DNA from: an uncultured Eubacteriales bacterium
Lineage (GTDB): Bacteria > Bacillota > Clostridia > Oscillospirales > Acutalibacteraceae
Direction of reading: 5' to 3'
Assembly (NCBI GenBank): GCA_934667575.1
Contig: CAKUME010000001.1
Location: 1-32,934 of the forward strand
DNA: 32,934 nucleotides
Shown: positions 17,017 to 25,936 of the stretch, one piece after another
Layout: the number at the start of each line of letters is the position of its first letter
Position numbering within the stretch: the first letter of the stretch is position 1
Notes under the pieces: generated by a model
Told to the model about the DNA's origin: nothing
What the model saw: only the letters and a program-made list of their open reading frames with translations
The model's database searches: none
Translations under genes and position numbers: made by a program

Positions 17017-18672
17017 TTACTGCGCCGCGGGCAGCGTCACGCGGATGGTCGTGCCCTTGCCCGGCTCGCTTTGCAGGTCGATTTTGCCGTGGTGGTACTG
17101 CACCGCGTGCTTCACGATCGACAGCCCCAGCCCGGTGCCGCCCGATTCCTTCGAATGGCTCTTGTCCACGCAATAGAACCGCTCGAACACGCGGCTTTGG
17201 TGCTCCGGCGCAATGCCGATGCCCGTGTCGGCCACCGTGATTTCCGCGCCGCGGTCGGTCTGGTCGAGCGTGACCGTCACGCGGCCGCCCGGCACGTTGT
17301 ATTTGATCGCGTTGTCGCACAAATTGTAAACCACCTCATACAGCAGCCGCCGCACGCCCACGGTTTGCGCGCGGCCCGACACGGTGAGCGTCACGCTGCG
17401 CTTGGCCGCCGCCTCGGCGAGTGCCGCCGCCGCTTCGGCCGACACCGCCGCCAGATCGACCGGCTCCTGCTCCATCGGCACGCCCTCGTCGAGCTGCGAC
17501 AGGCGGATGATATCCTGAATCAGCGACATCAGGCGCGCGGCCTCCTTGCGGATGTGCCCCACGAACCGCGGCAGATCGGCCGGCTGCACCATGCCGCTTT
17601 CGATCAGTTCGGCGCTCCCGATAATGCCCTGAATCGGCGTTTTGAGCTCATGCGAAACGTTTGCGGTAAATTCGCGGCGCATCCGCTCCGCGTTTTCCTG
17701 CTCCGTCACATCGAACGCCAGCAGCACCGCGCCCACCGCCGCGCCGTTCGATTCGATCCGGCTCACGTCGATTTGAATCGCGCGGCCGCTGCGCTCCTGC
17801 CGAATTTCGGCGTGCCCCGTTTCGCGCGCCCGCTGAATGGCCGCGCTCAGCTCCGGCGTGCGGTCCACGATCAAAAATGTTTGCCCCACCGCCGTCTCGG
17901 TGGCCCCAAACAGCTTTTCGGCCGCCGGGTTCAGGCTCAGCACCGTGCCCTGCTCGTCGAGCAGCACCAACCCCTCGTTCATGCTGCCCGTGATCTGCGC
18001 AAATTCGTCGCTGCGCTGGCGCAGGCGCGCCAGCTGCGCGTCGTTTTCCATCCGCTGCTGGTTAATGCGATGCAGCAACGGCGCAATTTCTTCATAGGTA
18101 TCGTTTTCGAGCGGCCGATCCAGGTTCAGGTCGTTGATCGGCGCCACAATGCGATGCGCCACCCGGCTGGCCAGAATGCCGCCGAAAATCAGCGCCGCGA
18201 TCACCACCAGCAGCACCGGCTGAAGCATGCCCAGCGCCAGCAGCCCCACGGTGGCGTAGCTGGCCGAAATGCGCAGCACCGTGCCGTCCGGCAGCTTTTC
18301 CGCGCGGTAGATCGTTTTTTGCAGCGTGGTGGCGGAATAGCGCGTGCTTTCGCCCATGCCGCTTTGCAGCGCCTGCTTCACCTCATCGCGGTCGGCGTGG
18401 TTTTCGAGCTGCGCGTCGCCGGTTTCGGTGTCATAAATCACCGTGCCGTCCGGCTGGATCCATGTAACGCGGTAGCGGTCGGACTTCATTTTTTTCAAAT
18501 AATCCGTGCCGTCGGCTTCCACCAGCCCCACCGCCGTGTTGAGCTCGCTCATGAGCGCCTTTTTTTCCACGCCCGCAAAATAATCGTACAAACACGCCAT
18601 GATAATCACCAGGCTCGCGAGCATCACCGCGCCCGCCACCGCCATGATCGATTGAAAAATCTTGCGCGACAT
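17017..18672 (-). CDS. phoR: Phosphate-sensing histidine kinase (PhoR-like)
   Basis: ORF 17017..18921 trimmed to ATG 18672 (MSRKIFQSIMAV...), 6 nt after GGGAGGA. It has two TM segments, a PAS-like region, the H-box SHELKTP, and the N/G boxes DNAIKY, DTGIGI and GGTGLGLSIVK. Confidence 0.85.
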   Translation of the reverse strand: MSRKIFQSIMAVAGAVMLASLVIIMACLYDYFAGVEKKALMSELNTAVGLVEADGTDYLKKMKSDRYRVTWIQPDGTVIYDTETGDAQLENHADRDEVKQALQSGMGESTRYSATTLQKTIYRAEKLPDGTVLRISASYATVGLLALGMLQPVLLVVIAALIFGGILASRVAHRIVAPINDLNLDRPLENDTYEEIAPLLHRINQQRMENDAQLARLRQRSDEFAQITGSMNEGLVLLDEQGTVLSLNPAAEKLFGATETAVGQTFLIVDRTPELSAAIQRARETGHAEIRQERSGRAIQIDVSRIESNGAAVGAVLLAFDVTEQENAERMRREFTANVSHELKTPIQGIIGSAELIESGMVQPADLPRFVGHIRKEAARLMSLIQDIIRLSQLDEGVPMEQEPVDLAAVSAEAAAALAEAAAKRSVTLTVSGRAQTVGVRRLLYEVVYNLCDNAIKYNVPGGRVTVTLDQTDRGAEITVADTGIGIAPEHQSRVFERFYCVDKSHSKESGGTGLGLSIVKHAVQYHHGKIDLQSEPGKGTTIRVTLPAAQ

Positions 18673-18751
18673 TCCGCATCCTCCCATTTTTCCCGGTGCC
18701 TTCGCCGGACTTGATTTTCGCCGCACCGCGCGCCGGCGTTCTGCGGCCGCG

Positions 18752-19438
18752 TTATTCCGCGTCCTCCCATTTATACCCCACGTTGCGCACCGTGCGGATG
18801 CAGTCGCCGTAGCGGCCGAGCTTTTGGCGCAGCGTGCGGATGTGCATATCCACCGTGCGGGTTTCGCCGCAATAGTCCATGCCCCACACGTCGTTAAAAA
18901 GCTGGTCGCGCGTGAACGCAATGCCCGGATGGCTCAAAAATTCGCGCAGCAGCTCAAACTCCTTGTAGGTGAGCGCAATGGACGCGCCGTCGGCCACCAC
19001 CGCGCGCTCGTCCGGGTTGAGCGAAAGACCGCCGCTTTGGAGCACATGAATGTGCGGCGCTTCGCCCTTGGGTGCGCAGCGCCGCAGCACCGCCTTCACG
19101 CACGACACAAACTCCATCACGCCGAACGGCTTGACCAAATAATAGTCCGCGCCCAGATCGAGGCCCTGAATTTTGTCGTATTCCGTGCCCTTGGCGGTGG
19201 CTATCACCACCGGGATCTGCGCCGTGGCGGGCGTGGCGCGCAGGCGGCGCAGCAGCTCCACGCCGTCCACCCCGGGCAGCATCACATCGAGCACCACCAG
19301 CTCCGGCAGCGGCCCCGCCTGCACCGCCGCCCAAAACGCCGCGCCGTCGGCAAAGCCGTCGGCATCCAACCCCGTTGACCGCAGCGCATACACCTCAATA
19401 TCCCGAATGCTCGCGTCGTCCTCCACGCACCAGATCAT
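18752..19438 (-). CDS. phoP: OmpR/PhoB-family response regulator (PhoP/PhoB)
   Basis: The receiver has a canonical acceptor (LVVLDVMLPGVDG) and the winged-helix C-terminus reads ...LTYKEFELL...VDMHIRTLRQKL...VRNVGYKW. The ATG lies 3 nt after the phoU stop, and the SD AAGGAGGGA sits inside the phoU end. Confidence 0.9.
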   Translation of the reverse strand: MIWCVEDDASIRDIEVYALRSTGLDADGFADGAAFWAAVQAGPLPELVVLDVMLPGVDGVELLRRLRATPATAQIPVVIATAKGTEYDKIQGLDLGADYYLVKPFGVMEFVSCVKAVLRRCAPKGEAPHIHVLQSGGLSLNPDERAVVADGASIALTYKEFELLREFLSHPGIAFTRDQLFNDVWGMDYCGETRTVDMHIRTLRQKLGRYGDCIRTVRNVGYKWEDAE

Positions 19439-19441
19439 GCG

Positions 19442-20086
19442 TTATCCCTCCTTGTGCACGCCCGTGACCGAAAACACCACCCATTCCGCAATGTTCACCG
19501 CGTGGTCGCCGATGCGTTCAAAATATTTTGCCACGATCAGCAGGTCGATGGCGTATTCGCCGTCGGCCGGGCTTTGGGCGATTTTTTCAATCAGCTTCTG
19601 CTTCACTTCGTCAAAATAGCGGTCCACCACATCGTCGTCGCGCGTCACCTTTTCGGCCAGCGCCAGATCGCGCTTCACAAACGCGTCCACGCTGTCGGTC
19701 ACCATGCCGATCGTCGCCTTGGCCATGCCGCGCATCAGGCCGTCGTTTTCGTTCGACCGCCCCGCCAAAAACGGAATGATCTCCGCAATGTCTTCGGCCT
19801 GATCGCCAATGCGCTCCATGTCGGTGATCATTTTGAGCGCCGCCGAAATCTGGCGCAGATCCCGCGCCACCGGCTGCTGCTGAAGCAGCAGCTTGAGGCA
19901 CATCGACTCGATCACGCGCTCCTTTTCGTCGATCTCGCTGTCGAGCGGCGCCACCTTTTGCGCCAGCTCCGCGTCGGCGTTGGTGAGCGCCTTGGAAGCC
20001 AGCGCGATCACCTCTTCGCACAGCGCGCCCATCTCGATCAGTTCCTTGTTCAGCAGCGCGAGCTGCTCGTCAAAACGGCTTCTCAT
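19442..20086 (-). CDS. phoU: Phosphate signalling complex protein PhoU
   Basis: It begins [20 protein letters not shown]... and has two PhoU repeats with ERIGDQAEDIAE and ERIGDHAVNIAE. Its start overlaps the pstB stop (ATGA). Confidence 0.93.
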   Translation of the reverse strand: MRSRFDEQLALLNKELIEMGALCEEVIALASKALTNADAELAQKVAPLDSEIDEKERVIESMCLKLLLQQQPVARDLRQISAALKMITDMERIGDQAEDIAEIIPFLAGRSNENDGLMRGMAKATIGMVTDSVDAFVKRDLALAEKVTRDDDVVDRYFDEVKQKLIEKIAQSPADGEYAIDLLIVAKYFERIGDHAVNIAEWVVFSVTGVHKEG

Positions 20087-20841
20087 CAGCCAAACCTCCC
20101 CGTGATATAGTCTTCGGTGCGTTTGTCGGTCGGGTCGGAGAACATTTTTTCCGTGGGTCCGTATTCCACCAGATCGCCCAGCAGGAAAAACGCCGTCCGG
20201 TCCGAAATGCGTACCGCCTGCTGCATGTTGTGCGTCACGATGATGATCGTGTACTGCTTTTCGAGCTCCATGGACAGCTCCTCAATTTTGGAGGTCGAAA
20301 TCGGGTCGAGCGCGCTGGTGGGTTCGTCCATCAGCAGCACCTCCGGCTCCACCGCGAGCGCCCGGGCAATGCACAGCCGCTGCTGCTGCCCGCCCGAAAG
20401 CCCCAGCGCGTTTTTGCGCAGCCGGTCCTTCACTTCGTCCCAAATGGCTGCGCCGCGCAGCGATTTTTCCACAATATCGTCGAGCTTCGCCTTGTTTTTC
20501 ACCCCGTGGGTGCGCGGGCCGTAGGCAATGTTGTCGTAGATGCTCATCGGAAATGGGTTGGGCTTTTGGAACACCATGCCCACCTCGCGCCGCAGCTCGT
20601 TCACGTCCACCGAAGGGTCAAAAATATTTTCGCCTTTATATTTCACCTCGCCGGTGATCTTCACGCCCGGCACCAGGTCATTCATGCGGTTGAGCGTTTT
20701 CAAAAACGTGGATTTGCCGCAGCCCGAGGGGCCGATCAGCGCGGTGATGCTTTTTTCGGGAATTTCGAGGTTGATATTTTTGAGCGCCTGATGATTGCCG
20801 TACCACAGGCACAGATCATGCACCGTCATAATATTTTCCAT
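20086..20841 (-). CDS. pstB: Phosphate ABC transporter ATP-binding protein
   Basis: ORF trimmed to ATG 20841 ([15 protein letters not shown]...). Walker A is GPSGCGKST, the signature is LSGGQQQRL and Walker B is [11 protein letters not shown]. At 251 aa it has the typical PstB length. Confidence 0.93.
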   Translation of the reverse strand: MENIMTVHDLCLWYGNHQALKNINLEIPEKSITALIGPSGCGKSTFLKTLNRMNDLVPGVKITGEVKYKGENIFDPSVDVNELRREVGMVFQKPNPFPMSIYDNIAYGPRTHGVKNKAKLDDIVEKSLRGAAIWDEVKDRLRKNALGLSGGQQQRLCIARALAVEPEVLLMDEPTSALDPISTSKIEELSMELEKQYTIIIVTHNMQQAVRISDRTAFFLLGDLVEYGPTEKMFSDPTDKRTEDYITGRFG

Positions 20842-20899
20842 AAAGCAGCATTTGCTCCTTTCGTTTTGGGGATGCGGAAAGAAGAGGTAAAAGCCATGC

Positions 20900-21763
20900 T
20901 CACATTTCTTTTTTCTTCTTAAAATACCGCGCAGCCAGCGTGGCGGCCAGGTTGATGAGCAGCGTGAGCACCATGAGGATGGCCGCAATGGCAAACGCCG
21001 TGTCGAAATCGCCCTGCTCCTTGGCGTAGACATAAAGCGCCACCGTGAGCGTTGCGCCCGGGCTCATCAGCCCCTGCACGATGTCGTGCAGCGAATGCGC
21101 AAACCCGGCGGTGAACAGCAGCGCCGCCGATTCGCCCAAAATGCGCCCCACCGACAAAATGCATCCGGTGACCACCCCGTCCACGCAGCCGGGCAGCACC
21201 ACCGTGCGGATCACGCGCCACTTGCCCGCGCCCAGGCCGAATGCGCCCTCGCGATAGCTTTGCGGCACCGTTTTCAGGCTTTCCTGCGTGGTGCGCATCA
21301 CCGTGGGCAGGTTCATGATCACCAGCGTGAGCGCGCCCGCGAACAGCGAAGTCTGCATGTCCAAAAACCGGCAGAAGAACAGCATACCCACCAGGCCGTA
21401 GATGATCGACGGAATGCCCGACAGCGTTTCGGCCGCATATTCAATGACCGCCACGAGCTTTTTGTTGGACGCATATTCCGTGAGATACACCGCCGCGCCC
21501 ACGCCCAGCGGCAGCACGATCACCAGCGTGGCAAGCAAGATATACAGCGTGTTCATGATGTCCGGCAAAATGCCGATTTTGTTCGACAGATAGCTCGGGC
21601 TGGTCGAGAGCAGCTCCCATGTGACGTTCGGCAGCCCATTTGCGAGCACATACACCACCAAAAACAGCACCAGCGCGGCGGTCAGCCCCGCCGCCAGCAC
21701 CGTCAGCGCGCGCATCAGGCCGATATAAATGCGCCGCCGGGGTGAAATTTGGCTTTTTAACAT
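20900..21763 (-). CDS. pstA: Phosphate ABC transporter permease PstA
   Basis: This is a multi-TM permease with the PstA-like N-terminus ...[25 protein letters not shown]. The ATG lies 1 nt after the pstC stop, with AGGAGG 9 nt upstream. Confidence 0.9.
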   Translation of the reverse strand: MLKSQISPRRRIYIGLMRALTVLAAGLTAALVLFLVVYVLANGLPNVTWELLSTSPSYLSNKIGILPDIMNTLYILLATLVIVLPLGVGAAVYLTEYASNKKLVAVIEYAAETLSGIPSIIYGLVGMLFFCRFLDMQTSLFAGALTLVIMNLPTVMRTTQESLKTVPQSYREGAFGLGAGKWRVIRTVVLPGCVDGVVTGCILSVGRILGESAALLFTAGFAHSLHDIVQGLMSPGATLTVALYVYAKEQGDFDTAFAIAAILMVLTLLINLAATLAARYFKKKKEM

Positions 21764-21764
21764 T

Positions 21765-22640
21765 TCAATCTGCCTCCTTGTCGCGTTTGAGGAAGAAGTT
21801 CAGCGTGGCGTTGATCAGCATGATGAACAAAAACAGCACCAGTGCGATCGAGAACAGCGCCTGCCGCTGCAGACCGCTCGAATACGACATTTCGCTCGCC
21901 ACCGCCGTGGTCAAAAAGCGCACGCTCTGAAACAGCGTGGGCATATTCGGCGCGTTGCCCGACACCATCATCACCGCCATCGCTTCGCCGATCGCGCGGC
22001 CCACGCCCAGCACCACCGCCGCCGCAATGCCGCTGCGCGCCGCCGGCACCGACACGCGAAAATAGGTTTCCACCGGCGTGGCGCCCAGCGCGAGCGACGC
22101 GTCCTCATACTCCTTGGGCACGGCCTCGAGCGCCGTGACCGACACCTTGACGATAGAGGGCAAAATCATCACCGCGAGCACCACAATGGCCGCGAGCAGG
22201 CTTGCGCCGTCCGGCACATGAAAGAGCTTGCGGATGCCCGGCACCAGCACGAGCATGCCCACCAAGCCATACACCACCGACGGAATGCCCGCCAGCAGGC
22301 TCACCGCCGCCTCCATCACCGCGCGCACCCGCGGCGGCGCCATTTTGGCCAGATACACCGCCGTGAAGAACCCGATCGGCACGCCGATCAAAATGGCGCC
22401 CGCGGTGCCGTACACACTCGTTAAAATGAACGGCAGAATGCCGTAGGCGGGCTCCGCCGCCGTGCTTGCCCACGTTTTTCCAAACAGGAATTTCACCAGC
22501 CCGATCTTCCGGATCGCCGGAATGCCCGAAACGATCAGATAGACCGAAATCAGCAGCACAAATGCCACCGTGATCAGCCCGAGCACCAAAAACAGGCCGT
22601 GCATCGTGTGCTCGATCAGCTTCTTTTTGTTTTTCTTCAT
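21765..22640 (-). CDS. pstC: Phosphate ABC transporter permease PstC
   Basis: ORF trimmed to ATG 22640 (MKKNKKKLIEHTMHGLFLVL...), 10 nt after GGGAG. It is a permease with the conserved ...ILPFILTSVYGTAGAILIGVPIG... region. Confidence 0.9.
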   Translation of the reverse strand: MKKNKKKLIEHTMHGLFLVLGLITVAFVLLISVYLIVSGIPAIRKIGLVKFLFGKTWASTAAEPAYGILPFILTSVYGTAGAILIGVPIGFFTAVYLAKMAPPRVRAVMEAAVSLLAGIPSVVYGLVGMLVLVPGIRKLFHVPDGASLLAAIVVLAVMILPSIVKVSVTALEAVPKEYEDASLALGATPVETYFRVSVPAARSGIAAAVVLGVGRAIGEAMAVMMVSGNAPNMPTLFQSVRFLTTAVASEMSYSSGLQRQALFSIALVLFLFIMLINATLNFFLKRDKEAD

Positions 22641-22740
22641 ACCGTTTTCGCTCCCATGCATTCGCCGTATACCACAATATGGCTGCCAACGCAGCCATAT
22701 CGGTTTTGGGTTTGTTGTGATCCGGAACGTTCCGGTTTTT

Positions 22741-23544
22741 TTATTTCACGGGAACGGCGCCCGCCGCGGCAATCACATCCGCCGCATCGGCCGAGGTCGC
22801 ATAGTCAAAGAACTTCTGCGCCGCGTCGCTGAGCTTCTTGTCGGTTTTGGTCACCAGCACGAACGGACGCTGCACCACATAGCTGCCGTCCTTCACCGTG
22901 GCTTCGGTGGGAGCCACGCCGCCCACGGTGAGCGCTTTCACATTATCCTTGAGCGCCGCGAGCGAAGCATAGCCGATCGCGTTCGGGTTCTGCGCCACCG
23001 TGGTGATCACGTCGCCGGTGGAGGTGAGCTCCTGGCGATAGGCGCATTTATCCTTGGTGTTGGTGATGGATTCAAAGCCGTCGCGCGTGCCGCTGCCCGC
23101 TTCGCGGCCGATAATCACGATCTCGCCGTCGGCGCCGCCCACGTCTTTCCAGTTTTTGATCTCGCCGGTGTAGATCTTGGCGATCTGCTCCACGGTGAGG
23201 TCCGCCACCTTGTTTTCCGGGTTCACAATGATCGCAATGCCGTCGAGCGCCACGACCGTTTCCGTGAGGCCGGAGCTCTTCTCATCGTCCTTGAGCGCGC
23301 GGCTCGAAAGGCCGATGTCGCAGCGCCCTTCCTGCACCGCCTGAATGCCGGAGCCGGAACCGGTGGGGTTGTAGCCCACTTTGATGCCGTTTTTCTTTTC
23401 GAACGCTTCGCCCAGGCCGCCGATCACCTTTTCCATGGAGGTGGAGCCGTCGGTGGAAACGCTGCCCTTTTTGCCGCAGCCCGTGAACAGCGAAACCGCC
23501 ATCACCGCCGCCAGCGCCAAACTGATCACCTTTTGAATTTTCAT
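22741..23544 (-). CDS. pstS: Phosphate-binding lipoprotein PstS
   Basis: The signal peptide plus lipobox is MKIQKVISLALAAVMAVSLFTG|C. It has the periplasmic-binding fold with YNPTGSGSGIQAV. SD GGAAGGGGA lies 8 nt upstream. Confidence 0.9.
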   Translation of the reverse strand: MKIQKVISLALAAVMAVSLFTGCGKKGSVSTDGSTSMEKVIGGLGEAFEKKNGIKVGYNPTGSGSGIQAVQEGRCDIGLSSRALKDDEKSSGLTETVVALDGIAIIVNPENKVADLTVEQIAKIYTGEIKNWKDVGGADGEIVIIGREAGSGTRDGFESITNTKDKCAYRQELTSTGDVITTVAQNPNAIGYASLAALKDNVKALTVGGVAPTEATVKDGSYVVQRPFVLVTKTDKKLSDAAQKFFDYATSADAADVIAAAGAVPVK

Positions 23545-23597
23545 TTTGAAGATCCCCTTCCGAATTTTCTTGATCTCTTTCTCTTGGGTACACCTAT

Positions 23598-23652
23598 ATG
23601 ATACTGCGGTTATGTAAAATCCAAAAGGAGCCTAATGTAAAATTCATGTCAA
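23598..23652 (-). promoter_or_regulatory. Candidate Pho boxes plus -10 element upstream of pstS
   Basis: On the minus strand the hexamers are TTGACA (23652-23647), TTTACA (23641-23636), a degenerate CTCCTT and TTTACA (23618-23613), with starts phased 11, 11 and 12 nt apart. TATCAT (23603-23598) follows 9 nt later. This resembles TT(A/T/C)ACA PhoP repeats. Confidence 0.45.
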
Positions 23653-23695
23653 ATTCTGCCCGTTTTGCGGGGAACACGGAAGGGGATTACCAATA

Positions 23696-23724
23696 ATTGT
23701 ACCATAAATATTTCTGCTCTGCAA
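23696..23724 (-). promoter_or_regulatory. Second, sigma-A-like promoter further upstream of pstS
   Basis: Minus strand TTGCAG (23724-23719), 17 nt, TACAAT (23701-23696), with an extended -10 TGg. Confidence 0.4.
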
Positions 23725-23799
23725 CGCTCTGAAGCGCCCAAATACGGAACATTTCAGTTCTTTGAAACCGGGGTGATTTGTAACACAGTAGAAGCACGC

Positions 23800-23828
23800 A
23801 AAAAAGCCCTTCCGGTTTGAACCGGAAG
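23800..23828 (-). terminator. Intrinsic terminator ending the ABC exporter transcription unit
   Basis: The minus-strand hairpin CTTCCGG-ttcaaa-CCGGAAG is followed by GGCTTTTTT (A6 at 23800-23805 on the plus strand). Confidence 0.7.
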
Positions 23829-24046
23829 CGCCTTTTCTCATAGTCCGGTTTTGGTGGCATAGTCAATGGGCATCCACCCGATACCGCTTTTCAGCTTGCC
23901 CCCATTTGGCAGCACCTGCGCCGGTGCTTTCGGCAGCGATGGGATAAACACCGGGCTTGATGACGCCGGCGGCACCATATTTTTTGCGCAAAAACAACCC
24001 GGCAAACGCATGCAGCGTCTGCCGGGTGCACCGTGTTCGGCGGAGT

Positions 24047-25936
24047 TTAGTCCAGCTCCTTTTTGCCGGTGTAAAGCTCATAGTAGCGGCCCTTTTGCGC
24101 GAGGAGCTGCTCGTGGGTGCCGCGCTCCACGATCTGCCCTTGCTCGAGCACCAAAATGGCGTCGGCATTGCGCACGGTGGAAAGCCGGTGCGCGATCACA
24201 AACGTGGTGCGGTTGGCCATCAGACGATCCATTGCCACCTCAATGTGCCGCTCCGTGCGCGTATCCACCGAGCTGGTGGCTTCGTCGAGCACCAAAATCG
24301 GCGCCCGGCTCAGCGCGGCGCGCGCAATGTTCAGCAGCTGGCGCTGCCCCTGCGACAGGTTGGCTCCGTCGCCGGTGAGCACCGTGTCGTACCCGTGCTC
24401 CAGCCGCATGATAAAGCTGTGCGCGTTCGCGGTTTTGGCCGCCGCGATCACCTCGTCGTCGGTCGCATCGAGCCGGCCGTAGCGAATGTTTTCCATCACC
24501 GTGCCGGTGAACAGATGCGTGTCCTGCAGCACCATCGCCACGTTTTTGCGCAAAAACGTCCGGTTGATGCGCCGAATGTCCACGCCGTCGATCATGATCG
24601 TGCCCGAATCAATGTCGTAGAACCGGTTGAGCAGGTTCGTGACCGTGGTCTTGCCCGCGCCGGTGGAGCCCACGAAGGCGATCTTCTGCCCCGGCTTCGC
24701 ATAAAGCGAAATATCGTGCAGCACCTGCTTGTTCGGCAGATAGCCAAACGAAACGTGGTCAAAAACCACATGGCCTTCAATGTGATCCATGGGCGTTTCG
24801 GGCAGTGCATCGGCCTCCGCCGACGGCGCCTCGCCCTCTGCGGGCGCATCCATCACGGCGAACACGCGCTCGGCGCCCGCCAGTGCCGAAAAGATCGTGG
24901 ACATCTGCTGCGACAGCATGTTGATCGGCATCGAAAACTGACGCGAATAGCCCGCAAAAATCGACAGACCGCCCACGTCGAAGCCGTGCAGCAGGCAGAG
25001 CAGGCCGCCCACGCCGGTGGTCACCGCATAGCAAACCTGACCCGTGTTGCCCAAAATCGGCCCCATCACGCCGCCGTAAAACTGCGCGTTCATCTGCTTG
25101 TCGCGCATATCGTTGTTGAGCAGATTGAATTCGTCCACGCACACGTTTTCGTGGTTGAACACCTTCACGACCTTCTGCCCGGTGACCGACTCCTCAATGT
25201 AGCCGTTCACCGCGCCCAGCGCGGCCTGCTGGCCCGCATAATATTTCCGGCTGGCCTTGGCCAGCGCGCCGCCCACCTTCATAATAATCGGCACAAACGC
25301 CACCGTGACCAGCGTGAGCCAAATGTTGGTGGAGATCATGAAGCAAAACGTGCCCACGAGCGAAATCACGCCCGAAACCAGCTGCGTGAGCGTGTTGTTG
25401 AGCATGGTGTCAATATTATCCACATCGTTTGTGAACCGCGACATGATCTCGCCGGTGCTCTGGCTGTCAAAATAGCGGATGGGCAGCGCCTGAAGCCGAT
25501 AAAAAAGATCGTTGCGCAGCCGCTCGGTCGCGTTTTGCGACACCGACAGCATCAGCCGCCCCTGCAAATAGTTCGAGAGGATGCCCAGCAGATACACCGC
25601 CGCCAGCACCGCCAAAATGGTGCCCAAATGCGCCAGCCGCTGCGCCGCCGGCACCGACCGGTCGGCCGCATTGTTGATCACCGGCCGCAGCATATACGAC
25701 CCGATCAGCGAGGTCACGGTGCTGCACAGCATGCACACCACCACCAGCACCAGCCGGAATTTATATTTGGCCACATAGCGCAGCAGCCGGCCCACGGTTT
25801 TGCGCGCGTCCTTGGGTTTGCCGCCCGGGCCGCGCATGGGGCCGCGGCCGCGGGGCCCGCCCATAAAGCCGCGCCGTTTGTCGGCCGCCGAATGATTATA
25901 GCGCTCCTGCAAGCGCTCGAGCGAACGTCCGGCCAT
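24047..25936 (-). CDS. ABC exporter subunit (TMD-NBD half transporter), consensus-ATPase partner
   Basis: ORF trimmed to ATG 25936 (MAGRSLERLQ...), which overlaps the stop of the upstream gene (ATGA). Walker A is GSTGAGKTT, Walker B plus catalytic Glu is ILVLDEATSSVD and the H-loop is IAHRLST. The signature is deviant: LSQGQ (24344-24358). Confidence 0.9.
   Translation of the reverse strand: MAGRSLERLQERYNHSAADKRRGFMGGPRGRGPMRGPGGKPKDARKTVGRLLRYVAKYKFRLVLVVVCMLCSTVTSLIGSYMLRPVINNAADRSVPAAQRLAHLGTILAVLAAVYLLGILSNYLQGRLMLSVSQNATERLRNDLFYRLQALPIRYFDSQSTGEIMSRFTNDVDNIDTMLNNTLTQLVSGVISLVGTFCFMISTNIWLTLVTVAFVPIIMKVGGALAKASRKYYAGQQAALGAVNGYIEESVTGQKVVKVFNHENVCVDEFNLLNNDMRDKQMNAQFYGGVMGPILGNTGQVCYAVTTGVGGLLCLLHGFDVGGLSIFAGYSRQFSMPINMLSQQMSTIFSALAGAERVFAVMDAPAEGEAPSAEADALPETPMDHIEGHVVFDHVSFGYLPNKQVLHDISLYAKPGQKIAFVGSTGAGKTTVTNLLNRFYDIDSGTIMIDGVDIRRINRTFLRKNVAMVLQDTHLFTGTVMENIRYGRLDATDDEVIAAAKTANAHSFIMRLEHGYDTVLTGDGANLSQGQRQLLNIARAALSRAPILVLDEATSSVDTRTERHIEVAMDRLMANRTTFVIAHRLSTVRNADAILVLEQGQIVERGTHEQLLAQKGRYYELYTGKKELD

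Noticed and set aside
23644-23841. 65-aa minus-strand ORF in the pstS upstream region.
   Set aside because: It spans an AT-rich intergenic stretch that already contains a terminator, a promoter and Pho-box-like repeats. It has no SD and atypical codon usage.
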